The notes under the pieces are model-generated. The model saw only the letters and a list, made by a program, of their open reading frames with translations, did no database searches and was not told the origin of the DNA. From NCBI GenBank assembly GCA_021844355.1, contig JAKBTP010000117.1:1-44611 (forward strand): a stretch of DNA of 44,611 bases, read 5' to 3'. This DNA comes from a bacterium (lineage in GTDB: Bacteria; Chloroflexota; Dormibacteria; Aeolococcales; Bog-877). Position numbers and translations under genes: made by a program. Positions 15,537-24,367 of the stretch are shown here, in pieces (the first letter of the stretch is position 1; each line of letters begins with the position of its first letter).

Positions 15537-18254
15537 GTGGTCGACGAGACGCTCCTCCATGCGAGCGAGGTGGTTCTCCGGGACGGGTCCACCGCCCGGC
15601 TCCGTGAGCTCACCCCGGCGGACGGGCAGCTAGTCCGCCGGCTGCTGGGCAGCTTGTCTGAGCGGGCGCTCGCCACCCGCTTCTTCTCGGGTGCGGTCGA
15701 CCTGGAGGCCACCTCCGAGCTCCTGGTCCAGGTTGACGGCAGGCGAAGTTTCGGGCTGCTGGCCCTTCAGGGGGACCCCCCGCGCCCACTGGCCCACGCC
15801 ATCTGCATCGCCACCGCCCCCGGCCGGGCCGAGGTCGCCTTCACCGTGGTCGACGAGTACCAGGGGCAGGGACTGGCATCGATCATGCTGGCCCAGCTCG
15901 CCGAGGCGGCCCGCCGGCTCGGGACCGGCGTCTTCGAGGCCTCGGTGCTGCCGGAGAACTCGGCGATGCTCGAGGTCTTCGCCAACAGCGGCTTCGCCCT
16001 GCACACCGACTCCCAGCCGGGGTCGGTGGCCGTCGAATTCCCCACCGAGATCACCAAGGGGGCCCTGCAGCGGTACCTGGAGCGGGAGAGCCAGGCGGCG
16101 GCGGCGGCGGTCGCGGCGGTGCTGGAACCCCGCTCGGTGGCGGTCGTCGGAGCCAGCCGGGACCGCGGCACCATTGGAGGGGAGGTCTTCCACAACCTGC
16201 TGCAGTACGGCTTCCAGGGTCCGGTGTATCCGGTCAACCAGGCCGCCGCGGTGGTCCAGTCGGTGTCCGCCTACCGCTCGGTGACGGCGATCCCGGGACC
16301 GGTGGACATGGCCGTGGTCTGTGTTCCCGCCAACGCCGTCAACGACGTCGCTCGACAGTGTGCCGACAAGCAGGTGAGGGCCCTTGTGGTGATCTCTGCC
16401 GGCTTCGCGGAGGCCGGCCCGGCGGGCCAGGAACGCCAGCGCGAACTCCTGCGCATCTGTGGGGAGTCGGGCATGCGGCTGGTGGGTCCGAACTGCATGG
16501 GGGTCCTCAACACCGCCGAGGCGGTCCAGCTCAACGCCACCTTCGCTCCCTCCACCCCCTGGCCGGGAACCATCGGGTTCCTCTCCCAGAGCGGGGCGTT
16601 GGGACTCGCCATCATCGAGACCACCAGGTCCCTGGGGCTGGGCCTCAGCAGCTTCGTATCGGTGGGAAACAAAGCCGACCTGAGCAGCAACGACCTCCTC
16701 TGCTACTGGGAGAACGACCCGCGTACCGAGCTGGTGGCGCTCTACCTGGAGTCCTTCGGCAACCCCCGCAAGTTCGCCCAGATCGCCTCCCGGGTGTCGC
16801 GGCGCAAGCCGATAGTGGCGGTTCGAAGTGGCCGGGGCAAGGCCGGCGCCCGGGCCGCCGCTTCGCACACCGCCTCCCTGGTGGCTGCCTCAGACGCCAC
16901 CGTGGACGCCCTCTTCAAGCACACCGGGGTGCTCCGCACCGAGACCCTCTCCGACCTCTTCGACCTCCTGTCCATGCTCGCCACCCAGCCGCTGCCTGAG
17001 GGGCCCCGGGTCGGCATCATCACCAACTCTGGCGGGCCGGCGATCCTCTGCTCGGACGCCTTGGAGGCCAACTCCCTCATGGTGGCGGAGCTGCAGCCGC
17101 AGACCCGGGAGCGATTGCAGGGCTTCCTCCCGCCAGAGGCCGCAACCGGGAACCCGGTCGACATGATCGCCAGCGCCTCGGCCCTGGACTACCGGCGGGC
17201 CATCGCAGTGGTGAGCTCGGACCCCGGCGTGGACGCCCTGGTGGTGATCTTCACTCCTCCCCTGGTCACGCGGGCGGAGGATGTGGCCGCGGCCATCCGG
17301 GAGGCCGCCGGGGCCCTGCCGCGCCGGGTCCCCTTGGTCACCGTGTTCATGACCAGCGAGGGAGTTCCCGAGCAGCTCCGGTCGGCGGAGGTGCAGGTGC
17401 CCTCGTACCCGTTCCCAGAGAATCCGGCGCGGGTGCTGGCCGCGGCGCTGCGCCTGCGCCGGTGGCGAGAGCGGCCCGAGGCGGACGAGGAGGGGACCGC
17501 GGCGCCGGAGCAGCTCCAGGTCGCTGCCAGGCTCTCCGACTGGCTTCGTGGCGGCCCGCGCTGGCTCCGCGGTGAGGAGACCGACAGCCTCCTCCAGGAG
17601 TACGGCATCCAGGTCCTGCCCACCCGGCAGGCCGCGCACCCCGAGGGTGCTGCCCAGGAAGCCTCTCAGCTGGGGTTTCCCGTCGTGCTGAAGGGGGAGG
17701 GCCGGGCGATCTTGCACAAGAGTGAGCTGGGAGCGGTGCGGCTGGGCCTCCGTTCGGAGAAGGAGGTCGCGGACGCCGCCCGGGAGATGGCCTCCAGGCT
17801 GCACCGGCAGGGCGTGGAGGTGGAGTCGTTCCTGGTCCAGCCCCAGCTGGAGGGCGGGGTCGAACTGCTGATGGGAGCCGTCCGCGACCACCAGTTCGGG
17901 ACGGTGGTGGCCTGTGGGGCGGGGGGAACGGCTGTGGAGCTGCTCCACGACACCTCGGTCAGGCTGGCCCCGGTCTCGCCCACTGACGCCGGCGAGATGC
18001 TCGCGGAACTGGGCACCTACCCGCTGCTCACCGGCTTCCGCGGAGCCCCGCCGGTGGATGTGGAGGCCGCCGTCCGGACGCTGGCGGCCCTGGCCGCCCT
18101 GGCCGAGGAGCATCCGGCGCTGGCGGAGGTGGAGTGCAATCCGGTGGTGGTGACCGAGAAGGGGGCGTTCGTGGTGGACTCCAGGGCGAGGATCGAGGCG
18201 CCTCCTCCGTCGCTGCCGGTGGGGGCCAAGCGCTTCGCGGTGGAGCGCGGCTGA
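15537..18254 (+). CDS. patA: protein acetyltransferase of the Pat family: N-terminal GNAT fused to an NDP-forming acyl-CoA synthetase-like region (CoA-binding, succinyl-CoA-synthetase-like and ATP-grasp domains)
   Basis: The 905-aa ORF has GNAT motif A (YQGQGLASIMLAQLAEAARRLG). It also has a CoA-binding region (VAVVGASRDRGTIGGEV...VVCVPA), a ligase-CoA region (LVGPNCMGV..., SQSGAL) and a C-terminal ATP-grasp domain. The start is GTG. Confidence 0.85.
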   Translation: MVDETLLHASEVVLRDGSTARLRELTPADGQLVRRLLGSLSERALATRFFSGAVDLEATSELLVQVDGRRSFGLLALQGDPPRPLAHAICIATAPGRAEVAFTVVDEYQGQGLASIMLAQLAEAARRLGTGVFEASVLPENSAMLEVFANSGFALHTDSQPGSVAVEFPTEITKGALQRYLERESQAAAAAVAAVLEPRSVAVVGASRDRGTIGGEVFHNLLQYGFQGPVYPVNQAAAVVQSVSAYRSVTAIPGPVDMAVVCVPANAVNDVARQCADKQVRALVVISAGFAEAGPAGQERQRELLRICGESGMRLVGPNCMGVLNTAEAVQLNATFAPSTPWPGTIGFLSQSGALGLAIIETTRSLGLGLSSFVSVGNKADLSSNDLLCYWENDPRTELVALYLESFGNPRKFAQIASRVSRRKPIVAVRSGRGKAGARAAASHTASLVAASDATVDALFKHTGVLRTETLSDLFDLLSMLATQPLPEGPRVGIITNSGGPAILCSDALEANSLMVAELQPQTRERLQGFLPPEAATGNPVDMIASASALDYRRAIAVVSSDPGVDALVVIFTPPLVTRAEDVAAAIREAAGALPRRVPLVTVFMTSEGVPEQLRSAEVQVPSYPFPENPARVLAAALRLRRWRERPEADEEGTAAPEQLQVAARLSDWLRGGPRWLRGEETDSLLQEYGIQVLPTRQAAHPEGAAQEASQLGFPVVLKGEGRAILHKSELGAVRLGLRSEKEVADAAREMASRLHRQGVEVESFLVQPQLEGGVELLMGAVRDHQFGTVVACGAGGTAVELLHDTSVRLAPVSPTDAGEMLAELGTYPLLTGFRGAPPVDVEAAVRTLAALAALAEEHPALAEVECNPVVVTEKGAFVVDSRARIEAPPPSLPVGAKRFAVERG

Positions 18255-18332
18255 CGCGGAGAAGGGCTCGCCGCAGGTCTCTCAGCCTCGGCTCAGCCCT
18301 TCGACCGGCCGGCCCTTCAGAATGGATCTGAA

Positions 18333-19388
18333 ATGACCGCCCGTATCTCCGCGCTGGCCCGCTGGGCTGGGCGCCCCTGGCCCCGGGTGGGTCTGGGAGC
18401 TCTGGTGGCCGCGGTGCTGCTGTTCCTGGTCCTGCACAAGGTCTCACTGGCGACGGTCGGACATTCCCTGGCTCACGTCTCGCCGCCCCTGGTGCTGCTG
18501 GCTGCCCTCCTGGCCGCGGGATACGTGGCCATGCGGGCCCTGCGCTACCGGCTGCTCCTGGGCGGCGGCTCCTCCCCCGCGGTCCTCGGCGTGACCGCGG
18601 CCAGCTGGGGGGCCGGGCAGGTCCTTCCCGGCCCGGGTGGGGACGCCGCCTTCATCTGGTTGGCTCGCCGAGAGTTGGGTGCCTCGATCCCCCGGGGCAC
18701 GGGGGCGGCGGTGGTGGCGCGCCTCTTCGACTTCGCCAGCCTGGCGGTGATCCTCCTGGTGTCGGCGGACCTGGCCGGGGCCCGGCTGCCCCGTTCCCTG
18801 CGAGTGGGTGCCGTCGCCCTGGCGGTGGCCCTGCTCCTGGTCATCGCCTCCCTCTTCATCCAACGGGTGCGCCAACCCCTGTTGAGGCGCGTGGAAGGGA
18901 TCCGCTTGGTGGGCCGGCTCGCGGTCCGTGCGGAGACCGCGCTCGGGGAGCTGAGCAGCTGGCGGATGGGCGTCGGCCTGCTGGCCACCACCGCCGGCGC
19001 CCGGGTGCTGGCGGCGCTCGAGTACCTCTGCCTCTTCCTGGCCCTGGGGGCACACGTGACCTTCTGGCAGGTGTGGCTGGCCCTCGCCGTGCGGACGCTC
19101 CTCTTCGCCCTCCCCATCCAGGGGGTCGGGGGGTTCGGGACCTCTCAGGTCTGGTGGGCCGCGGGCCTGGCGCTGGCCGGCCTCGCCATCGGCCCCGCCC
19201 TCACCCTGGGGCTGGAGATCCAGGTGATGGACCTCCTGGTCGCCCTGCCCGAGGGCCTTATCGGCTGGCTCGGCCTCAGGGGGCGCCGGCTCCTTCGCCC
19301 GGAGGCGCCGCTGGAAGCGCCCGCGCCGCCTCCGCCTGCCGCCGCCGAGCTGGTGGGCGCCGGGGCCCGCCCGGCGATGGACCGCTAG
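18333..19388 (+). CDS. polytopic membrane protein, flippase-like / lysylphosphatidylglycerol-synthase TM-domain (UPF0104) family
   Basis: The 351-aa ORF has about 8 hydrophobic helices and an Ala/Leu-rich composition typical of this family. The assignment rests on overall pattern only. Confidence 0.55.
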   Translation: MTARISALARWAGRPWPRVGLGALVAAVLLFLVLHKVSLATVGHSLAHVSPPLVLLAALLAAGYVAMRALRYRLLLGGGSSPAVLGVTAASWGAGQVLPGPGGDAAFIWLARRELGASIPRGTGAAVVARLFDFASLAVILLVSADLAGARLPRSLRVGAVALAVALLLVIASLFIQRVRQPLLRRVEGIRLVGRLAVRAETALGELSSWRMGVGLLATTAGARVLAALEYLCLFLALGAHVTFWQVWLALAVRTLLFALPIQGVGGFGTSQVWWAAGLALAGLAIGPALTLGLEIQVMDLLVALPEGLIGWLGLRGRRLLRPEAPLEAPAPPPPAAAELVGAGARPAMDR

Positions 19389-19422
19389 CGCCCGGGCGCC
19401 TAGGGGCAGCGCCGGCCGAGCC

Positions 19423-20316
19423 TCATCCGCCGCCTTCTGGGGTCCCCCCGACCGCGCTGAGGGCCTCCCGGAGGCGGCGCGCGAAGGCCTCGGGTTGTCC
19501 GGCGAAGGGGGAGTCGCCTCCCACGAAGCCGCCGTGGTGGCTGGGGAAGACGGTCGGCTGCTGGTGAAGGCGTTCGGCGATGACAGCCGCGCATCGCGCG
19601 GCGAGGAGCCCCCGCGACTCCTCGCCCACGGCGATCACGATTCGGGTGGGGGATGTCGCCAGGGCCGCGATGTCGGGAAGGTAGGCGGTCACCGCGGCCG
19701 AGCGCCCGGAAAGCAGCGGGTCGTCTCGGGCCCCCGAGTCCTCGGCCGGCAGGCCGAACTGTGAGGGCTGGGGCACGGGCTGGTCGAAGTACTCCCGGGT
19801 GAACTCGCCGGGCCAGGAGGTCATGGCGATGAAGGCCGCCATGCCCGCGCCCATCCCGCCCGCCTGGTAGGCGGCCAGGACCTGGTCCATGGCCCGCTCG
19901 GCTGCCTCCCGGTCGGGGAGCACACCCAGTATCGGCGGCTCGTGGGCCACCAGGAGCCGGACATCAGTCGGATGGGCGGCGACCAGGGCGAGGGCGGTCA
20001 CGGCGCCTCCGCTGCTGGCGAACATCTCGACCGGACCGACGTCCAGCGCGGCGATCAGCTCATGCAGGTCCTCCGCCTGGGCTACCGGGTCATGGTCCAC
20101 CCGTCCGTCCGAGCGGGTGCTGCGGCCGATGCCCCGGGGATCGTAGGTGACCACCGTGCGGTCCGGGAAGTGGGAGGCGAGGGCACTGAAGCCGCCGGCG
20201 TCCATGGGCTGTCCGATCATCAGAAGGGGCGGCGTGCCGCCCCGGGTTGGCGCCGGCCCGTGGATGTCGTAGACCAGGTCGACGCCTGGGATGCTGAGCG
20301 TGTGGGGCGTGATCAT
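19423..20316 (-). CDS. alpha/beta hydrolase
   Basis: From ATG 20316 the sequence reads MITPHTLSIPGVDLVYDIHG...PLLMIG.P...YDPRGIGRS...FASSGGA (nucleophile elbow)...LVAHEPP. It has an ATGA overlap with the upstream SRPBCC gene. Confidence 0.8.
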   Translation of the reverse strand: MITPHTLSIPGVDLVYDIHGPAPTRGGTPPLLMIGQPMDAGGFSALASHFPDRTVVTYDPRGIGRSTRSDGRVDHDPVAQAEDLHELIAALDVGPVEMFASSGGAVTALALVAAHPTDVRLLVAHEPPILGVLPDREAAERAMDQVLAAYQAGGMGAGMAAFIAMTSWPGEFTREYFDQPVPQPSQFGLPAEDSGARDDPLLSGRSAAVTAYLPDIAALATSPTRIVIAVGEESRGLLAARCAAVIAERLHQQPTVFPSHHGGFVGGDSPFAGQPEAFARRLREALSAVGGTPEGGG

Positions 20317-20831
20317 TGGGCGCCTCCCCCCGTTCCCAGCAGTCTCTCCAGCTTGTCCAGCTGCTCCGCCCACCCCTGCTCGGCGCCCTCGAGAGCGGCC
20401 TTGGGAGGCATCGGGTCGAAGTACGACTGGCGCATGGTCAGCAGCGTGCCCTCAGGGACCTCCTCCAGGGTCAGCTCGATCAGGGTCGCGAAGAGCTCGC
20501 CCTCCTGATCGTTGACGGCCCGGCCGCTCATCACCAGGCGGTGCGGCGGGTCGACCTCGTAGTACTCGCCGCCCATGTAGTGCGAGAAGTGGGACTCCTC
20601 GGGGATGAACTCCGGCCACCTCATGGCGATCCGGTAGGCGCCTCCCACGCGCAGGTCGACCTCGGCGGCGGGGGCGGTGAACCCGCTCGGCCACCACCAC
20701 TGCTTCAGCTGCTCCGGGTCGGTGAAGGCCTCGAACACCCGCTGGGGGGTGGCCCTCAGGGCGCGCCGGATGACCAGCTCACGGCGCGGGCGCGCCTGGC
20801 GAAGATCGGCGGGGCTCTGGGGATCAGGCAT
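20313..20831 (-). CDS. SRPBCC/AHSA1-domain protein
   Basis: From ATG 20831 the sequence reads ..ELVIRRALRATPQRVFEAFTDPEQLKQWWWPSGFT....VDLRVGGAYRIAM.... Confidence 0.8.
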   Translation of the reverse strand: MPDPQSPADLRQARPRRELVIRRALRATPQRVFEAFTDPEQLKQWWWPSGFTAPAAEVDLRVGGAYRIAMRWPEFIPEESHFSHYMGGEYYEVDPPHRLVMSGRAVNDQEGELFATLIELTLEEVPEGTLLTMRQSYFDPMPPKAALEGAEQGWAEQLDKLERLLGTGGGAQ

Positions 20832-21180
20832 CTGGGGCCTCCTCCGCATTGGTTGGACCGTTCCAGGTGGCAAGATGCGATTCCAGCCGATCGAGGCGAG
20901 CCTTCCACTCCTCCCTGGCGCGCCGCATCCAGAGATCCGCCTGGACCAGCCCATCCGGCCGCAGGCGGGCAGGTCGCCGCTGTCCCGCCCTCGACCGGCT
21001 CACCAGCCCCGCCCGCTCCAGCACCCTGAGGTGCTTGGTGATGGCCGGCTGGGTCATGGCCGTGCCCCTGGCGAGCTCCACGACCCCCAGCTCGCCGTCG
21101 GCGAGGCGTTCGAGGATGGACCGTCGGGTCGGGTCGGCCAGCGCGGCGAAGGTGCGGCTCACGGGGTCCTCAGTTGGCAT
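20824..21180 (-). CDS. ArsR/SmtB-family transcriptional regulator
   Basis: From ATG 21180 the sequence reads FAALADPTRRSILERLADGELGVVELA...MTQPAITKHLRVLERAGLV. It is the first gene of a three-gene overlapping operon with the SRPBCC protein and the hydrolase. Confidence 0.85.
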   Translation of the reverse strand: MPTEDPVSRTFAALADPTRRSILERLADGELGVVELARGTAMTQPAITKHLRVLERAGLVSRSRAGQRRPARLRPDGLVQADLWMRRAREEWKARLDRLESHLATWNGPTNAEEAPDA

Positions 21181-21188
21181 AACCGTAA

Positions 21189-21200
21189 GGTTATATAACC
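21189..21200. promoter_or_regulatory. perfect 12-bp palindrome GGTTATATAACC (likely ArsR operator overlapping a -10 element)
   Basis: It lies 8 nt upstream of the arsR-family ATG. It is the only AT-rich patch in the area and overlaps a second AACC-N4-GGTT dyad (21181-21192). On the minus strand TATAAC could serve as a -10 element for a near-leaderless transcript. Confidence 0.55.
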
Positions 21201-21411
21201 AGGCGGTGAATGTCAAGGCCCTCGCGCCTCTGGGCCGCGGTTGGGGCGGCTTCCGACCGTGGCCCATGTCCGGCCGAAGCCAGATCTGGTCCCCGCCGCA
21301 CCCGAGGGTCGTCGTCCCAGCGGGCCCGCCTGCGTCCGGGAGCTCGCGCCACGGCGACTCCCTCAACCGGGGGGGGGACCGTCGTGCTCGGGGCGACGCG
21401 GGACGCGGAGG

Positions 21412-21945
21412 TCAGCGCCTGGAGGCGGGACCAGAGGTGCGGGCAGGCGTTCGGGAGCGCGGTGGGGCGCCCCTCAGCTCCCTGGCGCTCCGGCGGATGG
21501 CCCCCGCCAGCTGGAGAAGGAAGGCCTCGAGGAGCCCTAGTTCCGCCGGTGTGCGGTCCTGGAGAAGAAGTCGAATCTCCCGGTTGAGCCCCGAGAGCAT
21601 CTCCCGGGCCACCTGCCCCGCTTCCTCGGTCACCTCGACCTTCACCCGCCGGCGGTCCGACTGGTCCGGCTCTCGGCGGAGGTGCCCGACCCGCTCCAGC
21701 CGGTCCACTATCCCGGTGATACCGCCGCTGGTGACCCCCAGCGCCGCTCCCAGCTCGCCGGCGGTCAGGCCCCGGTGGCTGCTCACCACGTTGAGGGCGC
21801 GGACCTCACTCCCGGAGATCCCCAGGTGGTGGGCGGCGGCCATGGTGTGCTGGGGCATGGCCTCGGAGAGGCTCCGCACCGCCCGCAGGACCGCCGTCTC
21901 CAGTAGCTCTCGGTCATCGGTCGCGGCGGCGAATTCGCTGGCCAT
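21412..21945 (-). CDS. MarR-family transcriptional regulator
   Basis: It has a winged helix: LTAGELGAALGVTSGGITGIVDRLERVGHLRREPDQSDRRRVKVEVT. It is divergent from the Grx-TrxR fusion gene, with a 53-bp spacer. Confidence 0.85.
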   Translation of the reverse strand: MASEFAAATDDRELLETAVLRAVRSLSEAMPQHTMAAAHHLGISGSEVRALNVVSSHRGLTAGELGAALGVTSGGITGIVDRLERVGHLRREPDQSDRRRVKVEVTEEAGQVAREMLSGLNREIRLLLQDRTPAELGLLEAFLLQLAGAIRRSARELRGAPPRSRTPARTSGPASRR

Positions 21946-21998
21946 GCGACCTCAGTGTACGGCCCCGCTGGCCGGGAAGCCTCGCGCTGTGAGAGACT

Positions 21999-23213
21999 TT
22001 GCCGGTGGAGCAGATCACCGTCTACGGCGCTCCCTGGTGCCCTGACTGCCAGCGCAGCAAGGCCTTCCTCAGCTCCCACCGGATCGAGTACGGCTGGGTG
22101 GACATCGACCAGGACCAGGCCGGCCTGGAGTTCGTCGAGCACCTCCAGGGGGGCGGGCGGACGATTCCCACCATCGTCTTCCCCGATGGCTCCCACCTGC
22201 TCGAGCCCAGTGATGAGGAGCTGGCTCGCAAGCTCGGGATCCAGGTGGAGGCGAGCCGCAGGGCCTACGACCTGGTCATCGTGGGCGGGGGCCCGGCCGG
22301 GCTGGCCGCCTCCATCTACGCCGCCCGGGAGGGGATCTCGGCGGTGGTCATCGACTCCGGCGGCCTGGGGGGCAATGCCGGCGTCACCGAGCGCATCGAC
22401 AACTATCCCGGGTTTCCCGAGGGGGTCGGCGGGGCGGAGCTGATGGAGCGCTTCGTGGCTCAGGCCCGCCGCTACGAGGTGGAGCTGGTGGCCGGGGCTC
22501 GGGTGGTCTCGGTGGACCCCTCGGGTGAGGACCTCCAGGTGGCGCTTGCAGGGGGCCAGCTGCTGGGGGCTCACGCCGTCCTCTTCGCCACCGGCTCCAC
22601 CTATCGCCGCCTGGGGATCCCTGGCGAGGACCAGCTCCTGGGCGCGGGAGTGCACTTCTGCTCCACCTGCGACGGTCCCTTCTACCGCGGGGCCGAGGAG
22701 ATCCTGGTGGTGGGGGGCGGCAACGCCGCCCTGGAGGAGGGCCTGTTCCTGGCCAAGTTCGCGCGCAGGATCCGGCTGGTGCAGAACCAGAAGGAGCTCA
22801 CCGCCTCCCGGTTGCTGCAGGACAAGGTCGCCTCGGACCCTCGGTTCGAGGTCCACACCTCCACCCAGCTCACCGAGATCCGGGGGAAGACCCGGGTGGA
22901 GGAGGTCCTCGCCCGGAACCAGGACACCGGCGAGGAGTACCGCTGGCATCCGGCCGCGGTGTTCGTGTTCGTCGGCCTAACCCCCAACTCCGAGGTCCTG
23001 CGTGGGGTGGTGGAGCTGGACCGCTGGGGGTTCGTAGGCACCGACCTGGCCTACCGGACCTCCATGGCCGGGGTCTACGCGGCCGGGGACGTGCGCTCCG
23101 GCTCCACCAAGCAGCTGGCCTCGGCGGTGGGGGAGGGGGCCGCGGCGCTGCTGGCGGTGCGAGCCTATCTGCAGCAGCATCACCACCTGGCGCTGGTCGA
23201 GGTCAACTCCTGA
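21999..23213 (+). CDS. glutaredoxin-like (NrdH/mycoredoxin-type, CPDC) domain fused to a low-Mr thioredoxin-reductase-like flavoprotein (CSTC)
   Basis: The N-terminus reads ITVYGAPWCPDCQRSKAFL...TIPTIVF. The FAD site is DLVIVGGGPAGLAASIYA. The redox-active site is FCSTCDG. A second Rossmann motif reads VVGGGNAALEEG, and the C-terminal part reads VYAAGDV. The start is TTG 21999 or GTG 22005. Confidence 0.85.
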   Translation: MPVEQITVYGAPWCPDCQRSKAFLSSHRIEYGWVDIDQDQAGLEFVEHLQGGGRTIPTIVFPDGSHLLEPSDEELARKLGIQVEASRRAYDLVIVGGGPAGLAASIYAAREGISAVVIDSGGLGGNAGVTERIDNYPGFPEGVGGAELMERFVAQARRYEVELVAGARVVSVDPSGEDLQVALAGGQLLGAHAVLFATGSTYRRLGIPGEDQLLGAGVHFCSTCDGPFYRGAEEILVVGGGNAALEEGLFLAKFARRIRLVQNQKELTASRLLQDKVASDPRFEVHTSTQLTEIRGKTRVEEVLARNQDTGEEYRWHPAAVFVFVGLTPNSEVLRGVVELDRWGFVGTDLAYRTSMAGVYAAGDVRSGSTKQLASAVGEGAAALLAVRAYLQQHHHLALVEVNS

Positions 23214-23225
23214 GCGGAGCGCTGG

Positions 23226-23259
23226 CCGAGGTGGATCGACCACTCCGGGCCTCGGTTTT
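23226..23259 (+). terminator. intrinsic terminator downstream of the Grx-TrxR gene
   Basis: CCGAGGTGG-ATCGA-CCACTCCGGGCCTCGG is followed by TTTTGGTT. Confidence 0.5.
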
Positions 23260-23302
23260 GGTTAATCTCTGGGGCGCGGGGAGAATCTGAGGTGATCGAA
23301 GC

Positions 23303-23860
23303 ATGCGCATAGGTGGCGAGGAGATCGGCAGGCGCGGGGCGGCTGTGCTCTCCGTGGCGGGGGTGGCGGCCGCGCTGCTGGCTGTGCACGGGTACTCCAG
23401 TCCGGGCAGCCTCGGAGTGGCGCCCCTCACCGGGGGCAGGCCGCTGGCCGCGGCAACCACTCCCACCCCCACTCCCAAGATCTCCGCCCAGCCCTCTCCG
23501 GGGGCCAGCCCGAGCAGCAGCCCGAGCGCACAGCCCACCGCCTCCGGGACCCCGGGACCGCTGCTCTCATCCACCTCCTACGCCTCGTACACCTACCAGC
23601 TCTACCCGGGGACGCCGAGCCAGACCGCCCGGCTGGCGCTATCGGGCTTCTCCTACAAGGTGAAGAGTGAGGGCAGCTCGATCGTGTTCACCCTGGACGT
23701 CCTCGGCGGGAGCCAGGCCCCCATCACCAACACCTACCCCGCCTCCGACCACGTCTACTTCGTCGAAGCCAGCTTCGGGGACGACGCCCAGAACACCGAG
23801 TACAACTACGGCGACGACGGTCTGGTGGTGACCGACGCCTCCGGCCACGTGGTGGGCTGA
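23303..23860 (+). CDS. hypothetical membrane-anchored/secreted protein with a Pro/Ser/Thr-rich linker
   Basis: ATG 23303 has GAGGTGA upstream. The N-terminal hydrophobic segment is AAVLSVAGVAAALLAV. A PT/S-rich spacer follows, then a ~100-aa beta-rich domain. I do not recognise a family. Confidence 0.55.
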   Translation: MRIGGEEIGRRGAAVLSVAGVAAALLAVHGYSSPGSLGVAPLTGGRPLAAATTPTPTPKISAQPSPGASPSSSPSAQPTASGTPGPLLSSTSYASYTYQLYPGTPSQTARLALSGFSYKVKSEGSSIVFTLDVLGGSQAPITNTYPASDHVYFVEASFGDDAQNTEYNYGDDGLVVTDASGHVVG

Positions 23861-23976
23861 CGGTGCCCCGCCGCAACCGGATGGCCCGCGCCGCTGCCCG
23901 CGCCGCCGAGCGATCCGCCGCCCCGCACCCGTCCCCGATCGCCGTGGCGTCCGGCTCCCACCCGGGGAGCCAGGTG

Positions 23977-24354
23977 ATGGATCGGATCCAGCCCTGGGCC
24001 CCGGCCGTGGCCCGGGTGGCGCTGGGGCTGGTGCTGCTCTGGTTCGGTATCCACGAGCTCATCCAACCCAGCCTCTGGACCGGCTACGTGCCCGCCATAC
24101 CGTCGACCTCCCATCTGGCACTCGCCCTGGTGCTGGCCCACGGATGGGCCCTTTCGGTGCTGGGAGTGGCCCTCTGTCTGGGGGTGGCCACCCGGCTGGC
24201 GGCGGCGCTCAGCGCGCTCGCCCTGCTGGAGATCGTGATCTCCCTCTCCCTCACCGGCGGGGTCACCGACATCGTGGCCCGGGACCTGGGGGTGTTCGGG
24301 CTGGCCGTGGCGGTGCTGGCGAGCGACCAGCACCGCCTCGTGCTGCGCGGCTGA
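23977..24354 (+). CDS. DoxX-family membrane protein
   Basis: From ATG 23977 the sequence reads MDRIQPWAPAVARVALGLVLLWFGIHEL... It has 4 TM helices and is 125 aa. The upstream part of the track ORF is Arg/Ala junk. Confidence 0.7.
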   Translation: MDRIQPWAPAVARVALGLVLLWFGIHELIQPSLWTGYVPAIPSTSHLALALVLAHGWALSVLGVALCLGVATRLAAALSALALLEIVISLSLTGGVTDIVARDLGVFGLAVAVLASDQHRLVLRG

Positions 24355-24367
24355 GGCCAGCCTCAGC
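24350..24367. terminator. 18-nt hairpin GCTGAGG-CCAG-CCTCAGC containing the stop codons of both convergent genes
   Basis: It has a perfect 7-bp stem. The TGA of the DoxX gene (24352-24354) and the TGA of the crotonase gene (complement of 24363-24365) sit in opposite arms. Confidence 0.45.

Noticed and set aside
21369-21377. A G9 homopolymer could be a phase-variation tract. Other G/C runs occur, such as C8 at 3127-3134.
   Set aside because: Both lie in intergenic DNA with no ORF or promoter spacing that would obviously be affected. Only the G7 run at 14916-14922 coincides with a frame change, and that is reported separately.
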